Positions 50,454-60,139 of a stretch of DNA of 64,000 nt are shown piece by piece. Source of the stretch: an uncultured Gammaproteobacteria bacterium. GTDB taxonomy: Bacteria > Pseudomonadota > Gammaproteobacteria > GCA-001735895. Below the pieces are notes generated by a model, which did not search any database, was not told where the DNA came from, and was given only the letters and a program-made list of their open reading frames with translations. Both the position numbers and the translations under genes were made by a program. Position 1 is the first letter of the stretch; every line of letters starts with the position of its first letter. The stretch covers positions 38,897 to 102,896 of the forward strand of contig CAMYLU010000001.1 of assembly GCA_947259485.1 (NCBI GenBank). The letters are read 5' to 3'.

Positions 50454-50786
50454 GTGGGAAAGAAGCTGATCACAGGGCGAAACCCCAGCACCAAAGAGTT
50501 GCTCGAAGCTGAGCGGGTATTGAGCCTTGACCCACAGCAGAGAAAAACTCACCCGTCAGCTATTGCGGCAGATGTGAGTAAACTCGACCATATTAATACC
50601 TACGGATCATTGCCCGAATACTATGTAGACCAGCCATTCACCTGTCGGCAATGTGGCAAACCTGAAATATGGAAAGCCAGGGATCAAAAATGGTATTACG
50701 AAGAAGCAAAGGGCCATATTGATGCAACGGCTGTTGAATGCCATGCATGTCGAAGTCGAAACAAGGAGAGGCATCAATTGAAATGA
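50454..50786 (+). CDS. Zinc-ribbon domain protein
   Basis: YYVD..FTCRQCG, QKWYYE, CHACR. Confidence 0.75.
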   Translation: MGKKLITGRNPSTKELLEAERVLSLDPQQRKTHPSAIAADVSKLDHINTYGSLPEYYVDQPFTCRQCGKPEIWKARDQKWYYEEAKGHIDATAVECHACRSRNKERHQLK

Positions 50787-50787
50787 A

Positions 50788-51552
50788 TTGCTGCCCGACC
50801 GGGGGTATAGCGTTTTGATCGCTTTACCTACCATTCTGCTCATTTCCGCGACAATAATGTTCCTTGTCGCAGAGCGCGTTTTTCCTGGAAGACCATTACC
50901 CCATTCGGCAGGATGGTATTTACGTTGCCTGTCAATAAACCTCGTACAACTTGCCATTACTCTCTTGTTGGGTGGATTATGGCTGGAGTGGCTTGGAGGA
51001 GATTCATTTTTTAACCTGGCCCAACTCGCATCTCCCTGGATCGAGGGTTTTATTGGCTGGTTTATAGGAACATTTGTATTTTATTGGTGGCATCGGCTCA
51101 GGCATCAAAACAGGTTCTGGCAAGTTTTTCACCAGATTCACCATTCCGCCTCACGTATCGAAGTTCTTACCTCGTTTTACAAGCACCCGGTCGAGATTTT
51201 CGTAAATTCATCGCTTGCCGCAGTCATACTTTTTCCGTTACTCGGTGTCTCGTTAATGGCGAGTTTTTGGTATAACTTTTTTGCGGCAACGGGCGAGTAT
51301 TTCTACCATGCCAATTTAAAGTCGCCGAACTGGATAAGATATTTTATCCAAACGCCGGAACTACATTCTGTGCATCATCAATATGATGTGCATAAATATA
51401 ATTTCAGTGACATACCGATTTGGGATCGTATATTCGGTACTTACAAGGACTCCATATCATTTACCGAAAGATGTGGATTTCCAGATGGCGCGGAACAGAG
51501 AATAGGCGAAATGTTACTATTCAAAGATGTCTATGAGAACGAAAATACCTGA
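50788..51552 (+). CDS. Sterol desaturase / fatty acid hydroxylase family protein
   Basis: YWWHR, HQIHHS, HAN, HSVHH, WDRIFGT. Confidence 0.9.
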   Translation: MLPDRGYSVLIALPTILLISATIMFLVAERVFPGRPLPHSAGWYLRCLSINLVQLAITLLLGGLWLEWLGGDSFFNLAQLASPWIEGFIGWFIGTFVFYWWHRLRHQNRFWQVFHQIHHSASRIEVLTSFYKHPVEIFVNSSLAAVILFPLLGVSLMASFWYNFFAATGEYFYHANLKSPNWIRYFIQTPELHSVHHQYDVHKYNFSDIPIWDRIFGTYKDSISFTERCGFPDGAEQRIGEMLLFKDVYENENT

Positions 51553-51686
51553 CAGGCATATTTAGAAAAGAGCGTCACCAAAACCGGTATACGCGACGGT
51601 AATATCTATCCTGTCACTTATTCTGGCGTTCGGTTATGTCTGGAGCATGTGACGGAACAATAGCCCAGGTTAAGTAATACTGAAAA

Positions 51687-51941
51687 ATGAACATACTTAA
51701 ATATACCGCGTTCCTGTTTTTAGGTTTTTCGTTTGCAGGCTTTTTGTACGTAGCCTGGCTTTTAATCGTGGTTCCAACATCCAGTTTCGATACACAGGGG
51801 CCGGGCCTGGCGGGCGCAATCGTTGTGTTCGCCGCTCAAATATTCGGATTCGTCGGTATATTTTTGTTCACAGTGTGGATTGCAATAAAATACAGGCAGG
51901 CGCCAGCAACGAGGGACAGTGATGAAGAAACTGAAAAATGA
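51687..51941 (+). CDS. Small membrane protein
   Basis: Two TM helices, co-oriented. Confidence 0.55.
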   Translation: MNILKYTAFLFLGFSFAGFLYVAWLLIVVPTSSFDTQGPGLAGAIVVFAAQIFGFVGIFLFTVWIAIKYRQAPATRDSDEETEK

Positions 51942-52158
51942 AAAAGAGATGCTCAAAAAAGCAATTATCGAGGGTGTTAAGTACGGAGAAAAAAGAGGTG
52001 TGGTCGAGTTTGAACCCACCGATTCGGCAAACGAAAAAATTGAGTACATATATCGGCTACTGGTGCACGATAAAGTGATCCAGCCTATTCCACAGGATCA
52101 GATTTCACAAAAATCAATGATGCATAAACTGGCAATATGGGCCTCAAGACTAGATTAG
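51922..52158 (+). CDS. DUF5062-like protein
   Basis: MKKLKNE, KRG, IYRLLVHDK, HKLAIW. Confidence 0.65.
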   Translation: MKKLKNEKEMLKKAIIEGVKYGEKRGVVEFEPTDSANEKIEYIYRLLVHDKVIQPIPQDQISQKSMMHKLAIWASRLD

Positions 52159-52183
52159 GTTTTGGCGCCAGGTAAAAAGCCGC

Positions 52184-52624
52184 ATGAAAAATTTTGTCAT
52201 CAGAACATTTCGCTCCAACGACGAACCGGATGTCATCGATCTATGGCATCAGTGCGGCTTAATCGTCCCCTGGAACAATCCCAAAACTGATATTCAGCGA
52301 AAACTTTCAACTTCTCCCGACCTGTTTTATATCGGATTACTCGATGACGAACTGATCGCAAGCTGCATGGCGGGATATGATGGCCATCGCGGCTGGATTT
52401 ATTTCCTCGCAGTGAAAGACGCCTGTCAACGCAAAGGTTTTGCCTCAATGCTCGTTGATCACGCCGAATCAGAATTGATTACGTTGGGCTGTCCAAAGGT
52501 AGAACTAATGGTCAGAAAGACTAACCAGAATGTCGTTTCGTTTTACCAGAGTGCCGGCTATGACATTGACCCGGTCATGGTACTGAGCAAGCGGTTGATA
52601 GAAGATGAACCGCATGACTACTAA
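52184..52624 (+). CDS. GNAT acetyltransferase (YpeA-like)
   Basis: PWNNP, MAGYDGHRGWIY, GCPKV. Confidence 0.9.
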   Translation: MKNFVIRTFRSNDEPDVIDLWHQCGLIVPWNNPKTDIQRKLSTSPDLFYIGLLDDELIASCMAGYDGHRGWIYFLAVKDACQRKGFASMLVDHAESELITLGCPKVELMVRKTNQNVVSFYQSAGYDIDPVMVLSKRLIEDEPHDY

Positions 52625-53177
52625 CCACGATGAGGTAATCAGGTCGGTACAAAACTGGGTTGATTCTTTTGTCGTGGAATTGAATCTATGTCCGTTTGCC
52701 AGGAGCGTGCTGGCAGATAGCCGGGTACGTTTCACTGTGACCGCTGCAGCGACTGAAGAACAGTTACTAACCGCGTTGCAAGTTGAACTGGAACTGCTAA
52801 ATCGCGACCCATCGATCGAAACCACGCTGCTGATTCACCCCGGGGTATTACACGACTTTTACGACTACAACCAGTTCCTGGATAGCGCCGATCAATTACT
52901 GCTGCAACTGAAACTGGAGGGAATCTACCAGGTCGCGAGCTTCCACCCGGATTACCAGTTTGGCGGCACCGCCCCGGATGATGTTGAAAATTATACCAAC
53001 CGGTCACCCTATCCTGTTTTGCAACTGCTTCGGGAAGCCGGCGTCGAACGAGCCCTTGCCGGATTTCCCGATGCAGATCAAATCCCGGCGCGTAACATTG
53101 CGTTGATGAATAGCCTGGGCAAGGAAAAGTTAGACGTTTTGACACAAGTATGTTCTAGCGGTGAAGAGTCAAAATGA
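52605..53177 (+). CDS. DUF1415 family protein
   Basis: LNLCPFA, ETTLLIHP, QVASFHP, TNRSPYP. Confidence 0.88.
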   Translation: MNRMTTNHDEVIRSVQNWVDSFVVELNLCPFARSVLADSRVRFTVTAAATEEQLLTALQVELELLNRDPSIETTLLIHPGVLHDFYDYNQFLDSADQLLLQLKLEGIYQVASFHPDYQFGGTAPDDVENYTNRSPYPVLQLLREAGVERALAGFPDADQIPARNIALMNSLGKEKLDVLTQVCSSGEESK

Positions 53178-53261
53178 TTGATAATAAGCGCCGGATAATC
53201 GGACGGTAAGTACAGCCGATTATTCATCATCCTCGAAAACGAAGAGATACTGGAGAAAGAA

Positions 53262-53549
53262 ATGGCAAACGAAGGCTATCATGAGCCCATTAGCGAACTA
53301 ACCGATGAAACCAGGGATATGCACAGAGCGATAACCTCGCTGATGGAAGAGCTGGAAGCAGTTGACTGGTATAACCAACGTGTCGATGCCTGTAAGAACA
53401 ACGAACTTAAGGCAATCCTTGCGCACAACCGCGACGAGGAAAAGGAACATGCAGCAATGGTGCTTGAATGGATACGCCGCCAGGACCCGACATTCGATAA
53501 AGAGCTTAAAGACTACCTCTTCACCGAGGATGAGATTGCCCACGGATAA
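53262..53549 (+). CDS. Encapsulin-type ferritin-like protein (Flp/EncFtn family)
   Basis: HRAITSLMEELEAVDWYNQR, HNRDEEKEHA, LEWIRR. Confidence 0.9.
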   Translation: MANEGYHEPISELTDETRDMHRAITSLMEELEAVDWYNQRVDACKNNELKAILAHNRDEEKEHAAMVLEWIRRQDPTFDKELKDYLFTEDEIAHG

Positions 53550-53591
53550 AATCCGGCCGCCAAAAGATTACGGGCAACGGCAGGACGAATC

Positions 53592-54122
53592 ATGTTTTCC
53601 ATAGAGTCGTGCGAGCTTCCAGGAGAAGCGCTGCTGACCAGCTACTCTAGTAGTGGGGCCTACACGGATTGTTATCGCACCGAAGTCCCCGGGATCGTCA
53701 CGCATACACAGTATGTCGGCGCCTTCTATACCACTTCACTCTTCAAGTTAGAACGCGTGATACTGGCCTGGTTTGTATCAAAACCCTCAACTGACCACGA
53801 GGCGGAACAATTGGCAGCAGGTTCGACCAACCAGTTTGCTGCCTGGCAAGTGGAAAGCAGGGCCGAAAACCAGTTGTTACTGTCCGATTTCCGCGGCCGC
53901 ACCAGGTCTTGGCTGATGGTGCTTCCAGCTGGCGAAGACAACAAACCAAGGACGCATCTGTATTTCGGCTCCGCGGTCACGACGGTACCAGATCAAAAAA
54001 CAGGCAAGATGACGCTAGGCAACGGATTTCGCGTCCTGCTCGGTTTTCATAAAATTTACTCGCGGCTACTCTTATACTCGGCCAGGTTACGCCTCAAGAC
54101 GCAATCGGGCGGAAAGGGCTAA
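53592..54122 (+). CDS. Hypothetical protein (DUF2867-like)
   Basis: YTDCY, FAAW, GRTRSW, FGSAV, FHKIYSR. Confidence 0.7.
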   Translation: MFSIESCELPGEALLTSYSSSGAYTDCYRTEVPGIVTHTQYVGAFYTTSLFKLERVILAWFVSKPSTDHEAEQLAAGSTNQFAAWQVESRAENQLLLSDFRGRTRSWLMVLPAGEDNKPRTHLYFGSAVTTVPDQKTGKMTLGNGFRVLLGFHKIYSRLLLYSARLRLKTQSGGKG

Positions 54123-54125
54123 AGC

Positions 54126-54884
54126 ATGCGCATCGTGTCCTGGAATATCCGTGCCGGCAGCGGTAAACGCGCAACCGGGGTACTGGCGCAATTGCTTGCA
54201 TGGCAGCCTGAAATTATCGGACTAAGCGAATTTCGGGGTACCAGTGCAAGCCAGTGGCTGGCATCCGAACTGGAGGTAGCCGGATATTGCTACCAGCTGA
54301 GCAGTATAAATTCGAAACTGCCCGCCAAAAACGCACTCCTGTTGGCCAGCCGTTACCCCCTGCAGGCAATCGAGGAAACGGGAATGCCAGGTATCCGCGA
54401 ACGCTGGCTGATGGCCGCTGTTGATACCCAGCCCACTTTGACGCTCGGCTTGATGCATATCCCGAACTACACTGCGCCCGGCTTGAAATATCCATTCCTG
54501 GAATCGCTTCTGAAGATGGTTAAAAAATGGAACCGTGGGCCGGGGCTCATAATGGGAGACACTAACTGCGGTAAACGCGGACTTGACGAGGAAAAGCCAC
54601 AGGGCCCCAGGTTTCAGCGCGAACATGACTGGATCGTCGGCATGGAGCAGCGTGGCTTTGCAGATGTTTTTCGCCACCTTCACGGGGATCGTCGCGAGTA
54701 CACCTGGTATTCGCACCGCAATAACGGATTTCGGCTAGACCACGCTTTTTGCAGTCCGCAGCTGGTGCCGGCGATTACCGGTCTTCAGCACGCCTGGGGC
54801 CGTGATCCCGAACAACCCAACCGCCGCGCTGCCCTGAGCGATCATGCGGCCGTTATTATCGAACTCGCTACCGATATAATATAG
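54126..54884 (+). CDS. Endonuclease/exonuclease/phosphatase (ExoIII-like) protein
   Basis: SWNI, LSE, GDTN, YTW, RLDH, SDHA. Confidence 0.9.
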   Translation: MRIVSWNIRAGSGKRATGVLAQLLAWQPEIIGLSEFRGTSASQWLASELEVAGYCYQLSSINSKLPAKNALLLASRYPLQAIEETGMPGIRERWLMAAVDTQPTLTLGLMHIPNYTAPGLKYPFLESLLKMVKKWNRGPGLIMGDTNCGKRGLDEEKPQGPRFQREHDWIVGMEQRGFADVFRHLHGDRREYTWYSHRNNGFRLDHAFCSPQLVPAITGLQHAWGRDPEQPNRRAALSDHAAVIIELATDII

Positions 54885-54979
54885 CTACTTCAGTCCTGTT
54901 GGCATTTCATATGACAATGCGTAATCATCCGCGAACCGAACGCCTGCCCAGATCAGGCAATGCCAGGAGTTAAACTACC

Positions 54980-55288
54980 ATGTTGGAACTTCGCCCCAAT
55001 TGTGAATTCTGCGACAAGGACTTACCCCCTGATTCGACTGAGGCCTGCATTTGTACCTATGAATGTACCTTCTGTTCCGACTGTGTCGAAAGCCTACTCC
55101 AAAACGTATGCCCCAACTGCGGTGGCGGTTTTGTCAAGCGACCGGTAAGGCCCGCTACCGAGCGTCGCACCGGTACGGGCCTGGCTCATCACCCGGCTTC
55201 AACCAAACGGGTGCACACAAAATATAGTCGCGACGAAGTCAGCGAATTTGTGCGCACACTAAAAGACATCATACCGGAGCAGCGATGA
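54980..55288 (+). CDS. DUF1272 family protein
   Basis: MLELRPNCE, ICTYECTFC, CPNCGG. Confidence 0.88.
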   Translation: MLELRPNCEFCDKDLPPDSTEACICTYECTFCSDCVESLLQNVCPNCGGGFVKRPVRPATERRTGTGLAHHPASTKRVHTKYSRDEVSEFVRTLKDIIPEQR

Positions 55289-55857
55289 TGCCAGGGCGTA
55301 ACCCGGACAAAACCGCGCTATTGATAATCGACGTACAAAAGGGCCTGGACGAACCATCGCTGGGACAGCGCAATAATCCAGGCGCTGAAGCCAACATGGC
55401 CTCAATACTCGCCGCGTGGCGTGAGCAGCAGGGCACGGTTATTCATATTCGCCATTGTTCGCTAGACCCGGAATCTCCGTTGCGCCCAGAACTGCCGGGA
55501 AACGCATTCAAAGCAGAGGTCCAGCCCCTGCCCGGCGAGAAGGAATTTACCAAGGCGGTTAATAGCGCCTTTATCGGAACCGGTCTGGAGCAGTATCTAC
55601 GGAAATCGGGTATTTCGAGACTGGTTATTATGGGGCTCACTACCGATCACTGCGTCTCGGCATCAACCCGCATGGCTTCCGATCTCGGCTTTGATGTGAC
55701 CCTGGTTAGTGATGCGACCGCGGCATTTGAACGCGTTGGCTACGACGGTGTTCATTATTCCGGCGAGGAAATCCACCGGGTTAACCTGGTAAGCCTTGAC
55801 CGCGAATTCTGCGTGCTTCGATCAACCGCAGAAGTGTTGGGCGAAATTCAAGCGTAA
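55285..55857 (+). CDS. Isochorismatase-like cysteine hydrolase
   Basis: ALLIIDVQ, K..NSAF, TDHCV. Confidence 0.9.
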   Translation: MMPGRNPDKTALLIIDVQKGLDEPSLGQRNNPGAEANMASILAAWREQQGTVIHIRHCSLDPESPLRPELPGNAFKAEVQPLPGEKEFTKAVNSAFIGTGLEQYLRKSGISRLVIMGLTTDHCVSASTRMASDLGFDVTLVSDATAAFERVGYDGVHYSGEEIHRVNLVSLDREFCVLRSTAEVLGEIQA

Positions 55858-55875
55858 TTAACCTGGAGAACAACT

Positions 55876-56340
55876 GTGAATAAAACCGGCGGTTGCCAAT
55901 GCGGCAGCATTAAATATGAATTAACCGGCGCACCGAAAATGCTCTATATCTGCCATTGCAAGGACTGCCAGAAACAGTCGTCGAGTGCATTTGGCATGTC
56001 GTTGAGGATGGATCCCGATGACATCGCTTTCATACAGGGCGAGGATCGCTTGAAAACCTGGGATACCCGCGGTGAAAACGGTGCAATCAAGCGCTGCGCC
56101 TTTTGCCCTGATTGTGGCACCCGAATCATTCACGGTTCCGACAGTCCAGATGAGGTGGTCAGCATCAAGGCCGGTTCGCTGGACGATACCAGCTGGCTGG
56201 ATCCGGTGGCGCATATCTGGTTGCAAAGCGCACAACCCTGGATAGCCATCGATCACGATCACTACCGCTGTTTCGAGCGGGAACCCGAAGACGAAAATGC
56301 GTTGAGAAAACGATGGCAATCACAAAATCCTGTGAACTGA
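55876..56340 (+). CDS. GFA family protein
   Basis: GGCQCG, CHCKDCQK, FCPDCG. Confidence 0.9.
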   Translation: MNKTGGCQCGSIKYELTGAPKMLYICHCKDCQKQSSSAFGMSLRMDPDDIAFIQGEDRLKTWDTRGENGAIKRCAFCPDCGTRIIHGSDSPDEVVSIKAGSLDDTSWLDPVAHIWLQSAQPWIAIDHDHYRCFEREPEDENALRKRWQSQNPVN

Positions 56341-56444
56341 CATTGTAACCAGGAGCCATTGCCATCGTGACAAGAGCAGCTAAAGCAATTTGTACCTACG
56401 CAGGGTATCATCGACAGTAAATTACTGGCTTACTGAACTCCGCC

Positions 56445-57107
56445 ATGTCCACTATCAAACTACTCGGACTTAGAATCAGCGTTTACACCCGCATCGCGCG
56501 AATGGCGCTCGAGGAAAAAAGTGTCGATTACGAGCTTGAGGAAGTAGATATATTTGCCGATACGGGACCTCCCGAAGAATACCTTGCGCACAATCCGTTC
56601 GGTACTATTCCATGCCTGATGCATGGTGAATTCTACCTGTACGAAACCGGTGCGATTACCCGCTATATCGACGAAACCTTTCCCGGTGTGGCATTGCAGC
56701 CGTCGGTTTCGTCACGACGCGCGCGCATGAATCAAATCATTAGCATTCTTGATGCCTATACCTATCGGCCGATGGTTTGGGATGTTTACGTGCAACGTAT
56801 TGTCGTGCCCAGTGGCGGTGGCAGACCGGATGAAAGCCTGGTAGCAGCGGCCTTGCCAAACTTGAAAAATGTCCTCCAGCAGCTTGAACTCCTGCAGGAT
56901 GAATACGAGTTCCTGACGGGCGATTCAGTATCGCTAGCAGACCTGCATGCCTATCCGATGCTTCGCTACTTCATGGAAACCCCGGAGGGTTCGACAATGC
57001 TGAAATCGTATCCCGGACTGGAACATTGGATGCAACAAATGCAGGCAAGACCCAGCGCACGCGCGACGAGTTTTCATACCACGACAGAGACCGAAAACGG
57101 CTTTTAA
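56445..57107 (+). CDS. Glutathione S-transferase family protein
   Basis: NPFGTIP, YETGAITRY, SLADL. Confidence 0.9.
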   Translation: MSTIKLLGLRISVYTRIARMALEEKSVDYELEEVDIFADTGPPEEYLAHNPFGTIPCLMHGEFYLYETGAITRYIDETFPGVALQPSVSSRRARMNQIISILDAYTYRPMVWDVYVQRIVVPSGGGRPDESLVAAALPNLKNVLQQLELLQDEYEFLTGDSVSLADLHAYPMLRYFMETPEGSTMLKSYPGLEHWMQQMQARPSARATSFHTTTETENGF

Positions 57108-57130
57108 CAGAGGACGTCGGGAAAAGACCG

Positions 57131-57628
57131 GTGCTTGTTACCCACGAGAATGAATCCACTTACCAGGTCAGTAACAACAGTTACGTGATTCCGGTGCTAT
57201 TTTTGTGCATCCCGCCGCTAATGCTGATCGAACTTGGCCCCGGAGTACTTGATGGCAGCATTAAAACCGGTGAACTGGTTGGCCTGTTTATCGGCATCCT
57301 GTTGCCGCTAGTCGGGGCCTATTATTACATTGAGTTCGCGAGCTTCACCTTTTCCAGAACTGAAGGTGTCTTTCACTGGCGCTGGCGCAACCTGTTCAAT
57401 AAAAAGACAGGGAAAGTGCCATTCAGCCGTATCGCCAAGGTCAGGCGTGATGCTATCGAATCCGGCGATTCGGGTGGTCTGAAATATTCTCACCGGCTCG
57501 TCGTGATCCTCGACGATAATACGATCATACCCCTGACGCGGGGTTACTCGGGTTTGCACAGCAAGAAACTGGATCATATAGTTGATCAAATTCGTGATTA
57601 CATCGGGCATAGTAGCGCAATGAACTGA
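57131..57628 (+). CDS. Membrane protein with PH-like C-terminal region; start uncertain
   Basis: Two TMs then beta-rich domain; in-frame GTG 57131. Confidence 0.6.
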   Translation: MLVTHENESTYQVSNNSYVIPVLFLCIPPLMLIELGPGVLDGSIKTGELVGLFIGILLPLVGAYYYIEFASFTFSRTEGVFHWRWRNLFNKKTGKVPFSRIAKVRRDAIESGDSGGLKYSHRLVVILDDNTIIPLTRGYSGLHSKKLDHIVDQIRDYIGHSSAMN

Positions 57629-58005
57629 TGGCTCTGATAGATGCCAGGCAAAACATGACTTACTACATTGTTAAAATTGTTATCTCGGCAATACTGATTG
57701 TCGCAATCTCGGAAATATCCAAGCGCAGTTCGTTGCTTGGCGCCCTGTTGGCATCCATACCGCTGGTGTCGGTGTTGGCGATGATCTGGCTTTATATCGA
57801 TACCAAAGATGTCGACCGGGTGGGCGCGCTTGCTTCCAGCATTTTCTGGCTGGTATTACCGTCGCTAGCCCTTTTCATCGCGTTGCCACTGCTATTGAAA
57901 CAGGGATACAATTTTTATTTCAGCATGGGGGCATCGATTACGATAACCATCGGTTGCTACTGGCTAATGGTCACAGTACTCGACCAGGCAGGTATTGAGC
58001 TCTGA
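57628..58005 (+). CDS. DUF3147-like membrane protein
   Basis: ISEISKRS, ASIPLVS, IFWLVLPS. Confidence 0.75.
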   Translation: MALIDARQNMTYYIVKIVISAILIVAISEISKRSSLLGALLASIPLVSVLAMIWLYIDTKDVDRVGALASSIFWLVLPSLALFIALPLLLKQGYNFYFSMGASITITIGCYWLMVTVLDQAGIEL

Positions 58006-58053
58006 CTGAAGTCGGGTCATGACAATGATCACCTTGTTAAGGCTGAGAATCTG

Positions 58054-58449
58054 ATGGAGACGAAACAGTTATACCTGATTGCAGCCGATGCCACTCTTTT
58101 CATCCATGCGTCATTTGTCGGCTTTGTTGTTTTCGGATTAATCCTGGTCTTTGTCGGCAAGCTGTCCTCCTGGTCCTGGGTACGCAATCGACGCTTTCGC
58201 ATCGCACATCTTGCGGCGATCGGTATCGTCGTGCTGCAATCCTGGTTCAGCGTTATCTGTCCTCTTACGCTGTGGGAAATGGAACTGCGGAACAGGGCCG
58301 GTGATGTAACCTACCCGGGATCGTTCGTTGCGCACTGGCTGGAGACGCTGCTTTATTACCGTGCGCCGGAATGGGTGTTTATTTTACTGTATACCCTGTT
58401 CGGGGCGCTGGTGGTCGGCAGCTGGTTCTGGGTTCGCCCCAGGAGCTGA
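58054..58449 (+). CDS. DUF2784 family membrane protein
   Basis: H..F..FV, RIAHL, CPLT.WE, LYY. Confidence 0.8.
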   Translation: METKQLYLIAADATLFIHASFVGFVVFGLILVFVGKLSSWSWVRNRRFRIAHLAAIGIVVLQSWFSVICPLTLWEMELRNRAGDVTYPGSFVAHWLETLLYYRAPEWVFILLYTLFGALVVGSWFWVRPRS

Positions 58450-58524
58450 TCTGTTCGCCTGTTTCAGCCTGGTGTTTAACCTGCAGCTCTGTTCGGCGGA
58501 AATTGCGCCACCAGAAACAGGGCT

Positions 58525-59580
58525 CTACCCCATTAAACCGGGGTAGAACTTTCGTGCAATCTCAGGATAACTGCGCACCCAGCGTTGCCAGTATTTCTCG
58601 CCAAATACTGCGGGTTGTGTCCGGCTCTCCATGCCACCTATACCGGCAGCCATCTCCGAGCGTGACGCCATTAATCCCTCGTTACGATGACGTCTACTTG
58701 CATTGACGCGGTCGATGTAATCGGCCGCTAGCGGCAATGGTTCAAGCACCGTATTCAGGTCTGGGCTGTAAAAAAAAGCCGACGAGTAACGCTCTCGTCC
58801 TGTTTTATTGGCAACACGGTGCGGGGTCGCGATGAAGTAGTTATGCGTTACCAGTTGCAGCAGCTCGCCGGTGTTAACCACCAGGCTACCGGCAACGGGA
58901 TCGACCGGGTACCAGGTGTCATCGTTGGCCTGCGCTTCAAGGCCGGTATTTTCATCCTGCAGCAGCAGCGTGAGGAATCCAGAATCCTTATGCACGCCAA
59001 CACCCTGCCCGCCAGCCCTGGTTTGCGGGTAGCGAATCAATTTCAGATAGGGTGAAGGATTTTCCCCAAACACCTGTTCGATGTGAAGTTCGTCAAGGTC
59101 AAGGGCAAGCGACATCATGCGTAGAATTTGCCGTGAAAGCCCAGAAAGGCGTGAAAAATAATCATCGACTACTTCCCTGAAACCCGGGATAGTCGCCTCG
59201 GGTGGCCACAGGTTGGGTCCCACCAACGCCATGTAGTAGGGATCCGGTTCGGGAAGTGGATTGCGATCGACACCGATATCAATCTGCTCGCGGTAGTCGA
59301 CCTGGTTGTTGGTCAGTTCCGAACCCAGTTTTTCCCAGCCGCGAAACTGCGGGGAGCCGCTCTTATCAATCGCTTCCTTGAGTTCCTCCGGCAGGGCAAA
59401 AAAATTCTTAAGCATCGCCAGGTAAGCCTCGCTGACCGACCCCGGGATACCATGATTGATGACGTAGAAAAAACCGATTTCATGACATACCTGGCGAAGT
59501 TGCCGGCACAATTCGAGCCGCTGTTGCCTGTCTCCCGTAAACCAGGGTTCCAGATCGATTACCGGGAGCTGGTGGGTCAT
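58525..59580 (-). CDS. 2OG-Fe(II) oxygenase (IPNS family)
   Basis: LPVIDL, GFFYVINHG, HKD, HRV, RYS. Confidence 0.92.
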   Translation of the reverse strand: MTHQLPVIDLEPWFTGDRQQRLELCRQLRQVCHEIGFFYVINHGIPGSVSEAYLAMLKNFFALPEELKEAIDKSGSPQFRGWEKLGSELTNNQVDYREQIDIGVDRNPLPEPDPYYMALVGPNLWPPEATIPGFREVVDDYFSRLSGLSRQILRMMSLALDLDELHIEQVFGENPSPYLKLIRYPQTRAGGQGVGVHKDSGFLTLLLQDENTGLEAQANDDTWYPVDPVAGSLVVNTGELLQLVTHNYFIATPHRVANKTGRERYSSAFFYSPDLNTVLEPLPLAADYIDRVNASRRHRNEGLMASRSEMAAGIGGMESRTQPAVFGEKYWQRWVRSYPEIARKFYPGLMG

Positions 59581-59653
59581 GAAATTCGAACAGACAAGAT
59601 CGTCGTCTCTATGAGAGGATAAGCATCAATTATAAACCAAATCAACGCTGTCC

Positions 59654-60016
59654 ATGATTAGCTACCTGGCTGATATTGTTGTCGCGCTGGTCGCGATATC
59701 GCATCTCGGTTTCCTGCTGCTGGAAATGTTCCTGTGGGAAAAACCGCTCGGATTGCGCGTGTTCAGACAAACCGCCGAGCGCGCCGCGATAACCCGGGTG
59801 CTGGCGGCAAACCAGGGGCTTTATAACGGCTTCCTTGCGGCCGGGCTGTTGTGGGGCCTGATTCTTGGTGCCGAGGGTGGCGCAATCAAGATTTTCTTTC
59901 TTGCCTGCGTGATCATTGCCGGGGTCTTCGGTGCGGCCACCGTAAGCCGTCGAATCCTGTGGATCCAGGCCGCGCCCGCGGCTCTCGGCCTGACCCTGGT
60001 GCTTGCTGCTAATTAA
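59654..60016 (+). CDS. DUF1304 family membrane protein
   Basis: LEMFLW, ANQGLYNGFLA. Confidence 0.85.
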   Translation: MISYLADIVVALVAISHLGFLLLEMFLWEKPLGLRVFRQTAERAAITRVLAANQGLYNGFLAAGLLWGLILGAEGGAIKIFFLACVIIAGVFGAATVSRRILWIQAAPAALGLTLVLAAN

Positions 60017-60139
60017 AGGTTCAAAGGAAAAGCCAGGTTACAGCTGCAGTCAAATCATTGCCGTGTGCCGCATTGAAGGTGTGGCCAAATACATCCCAGG
60101 CGCGGGAAATTGCTGCTGAACAGGCGTAAACTTCAGATT

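Noticed and set aside
57102-57143. TTTTAAC...GTTACCC as an attC remnant
   Set aside because: Too short, lacks the family core, and the GTT lies within the probable start of the next gene.
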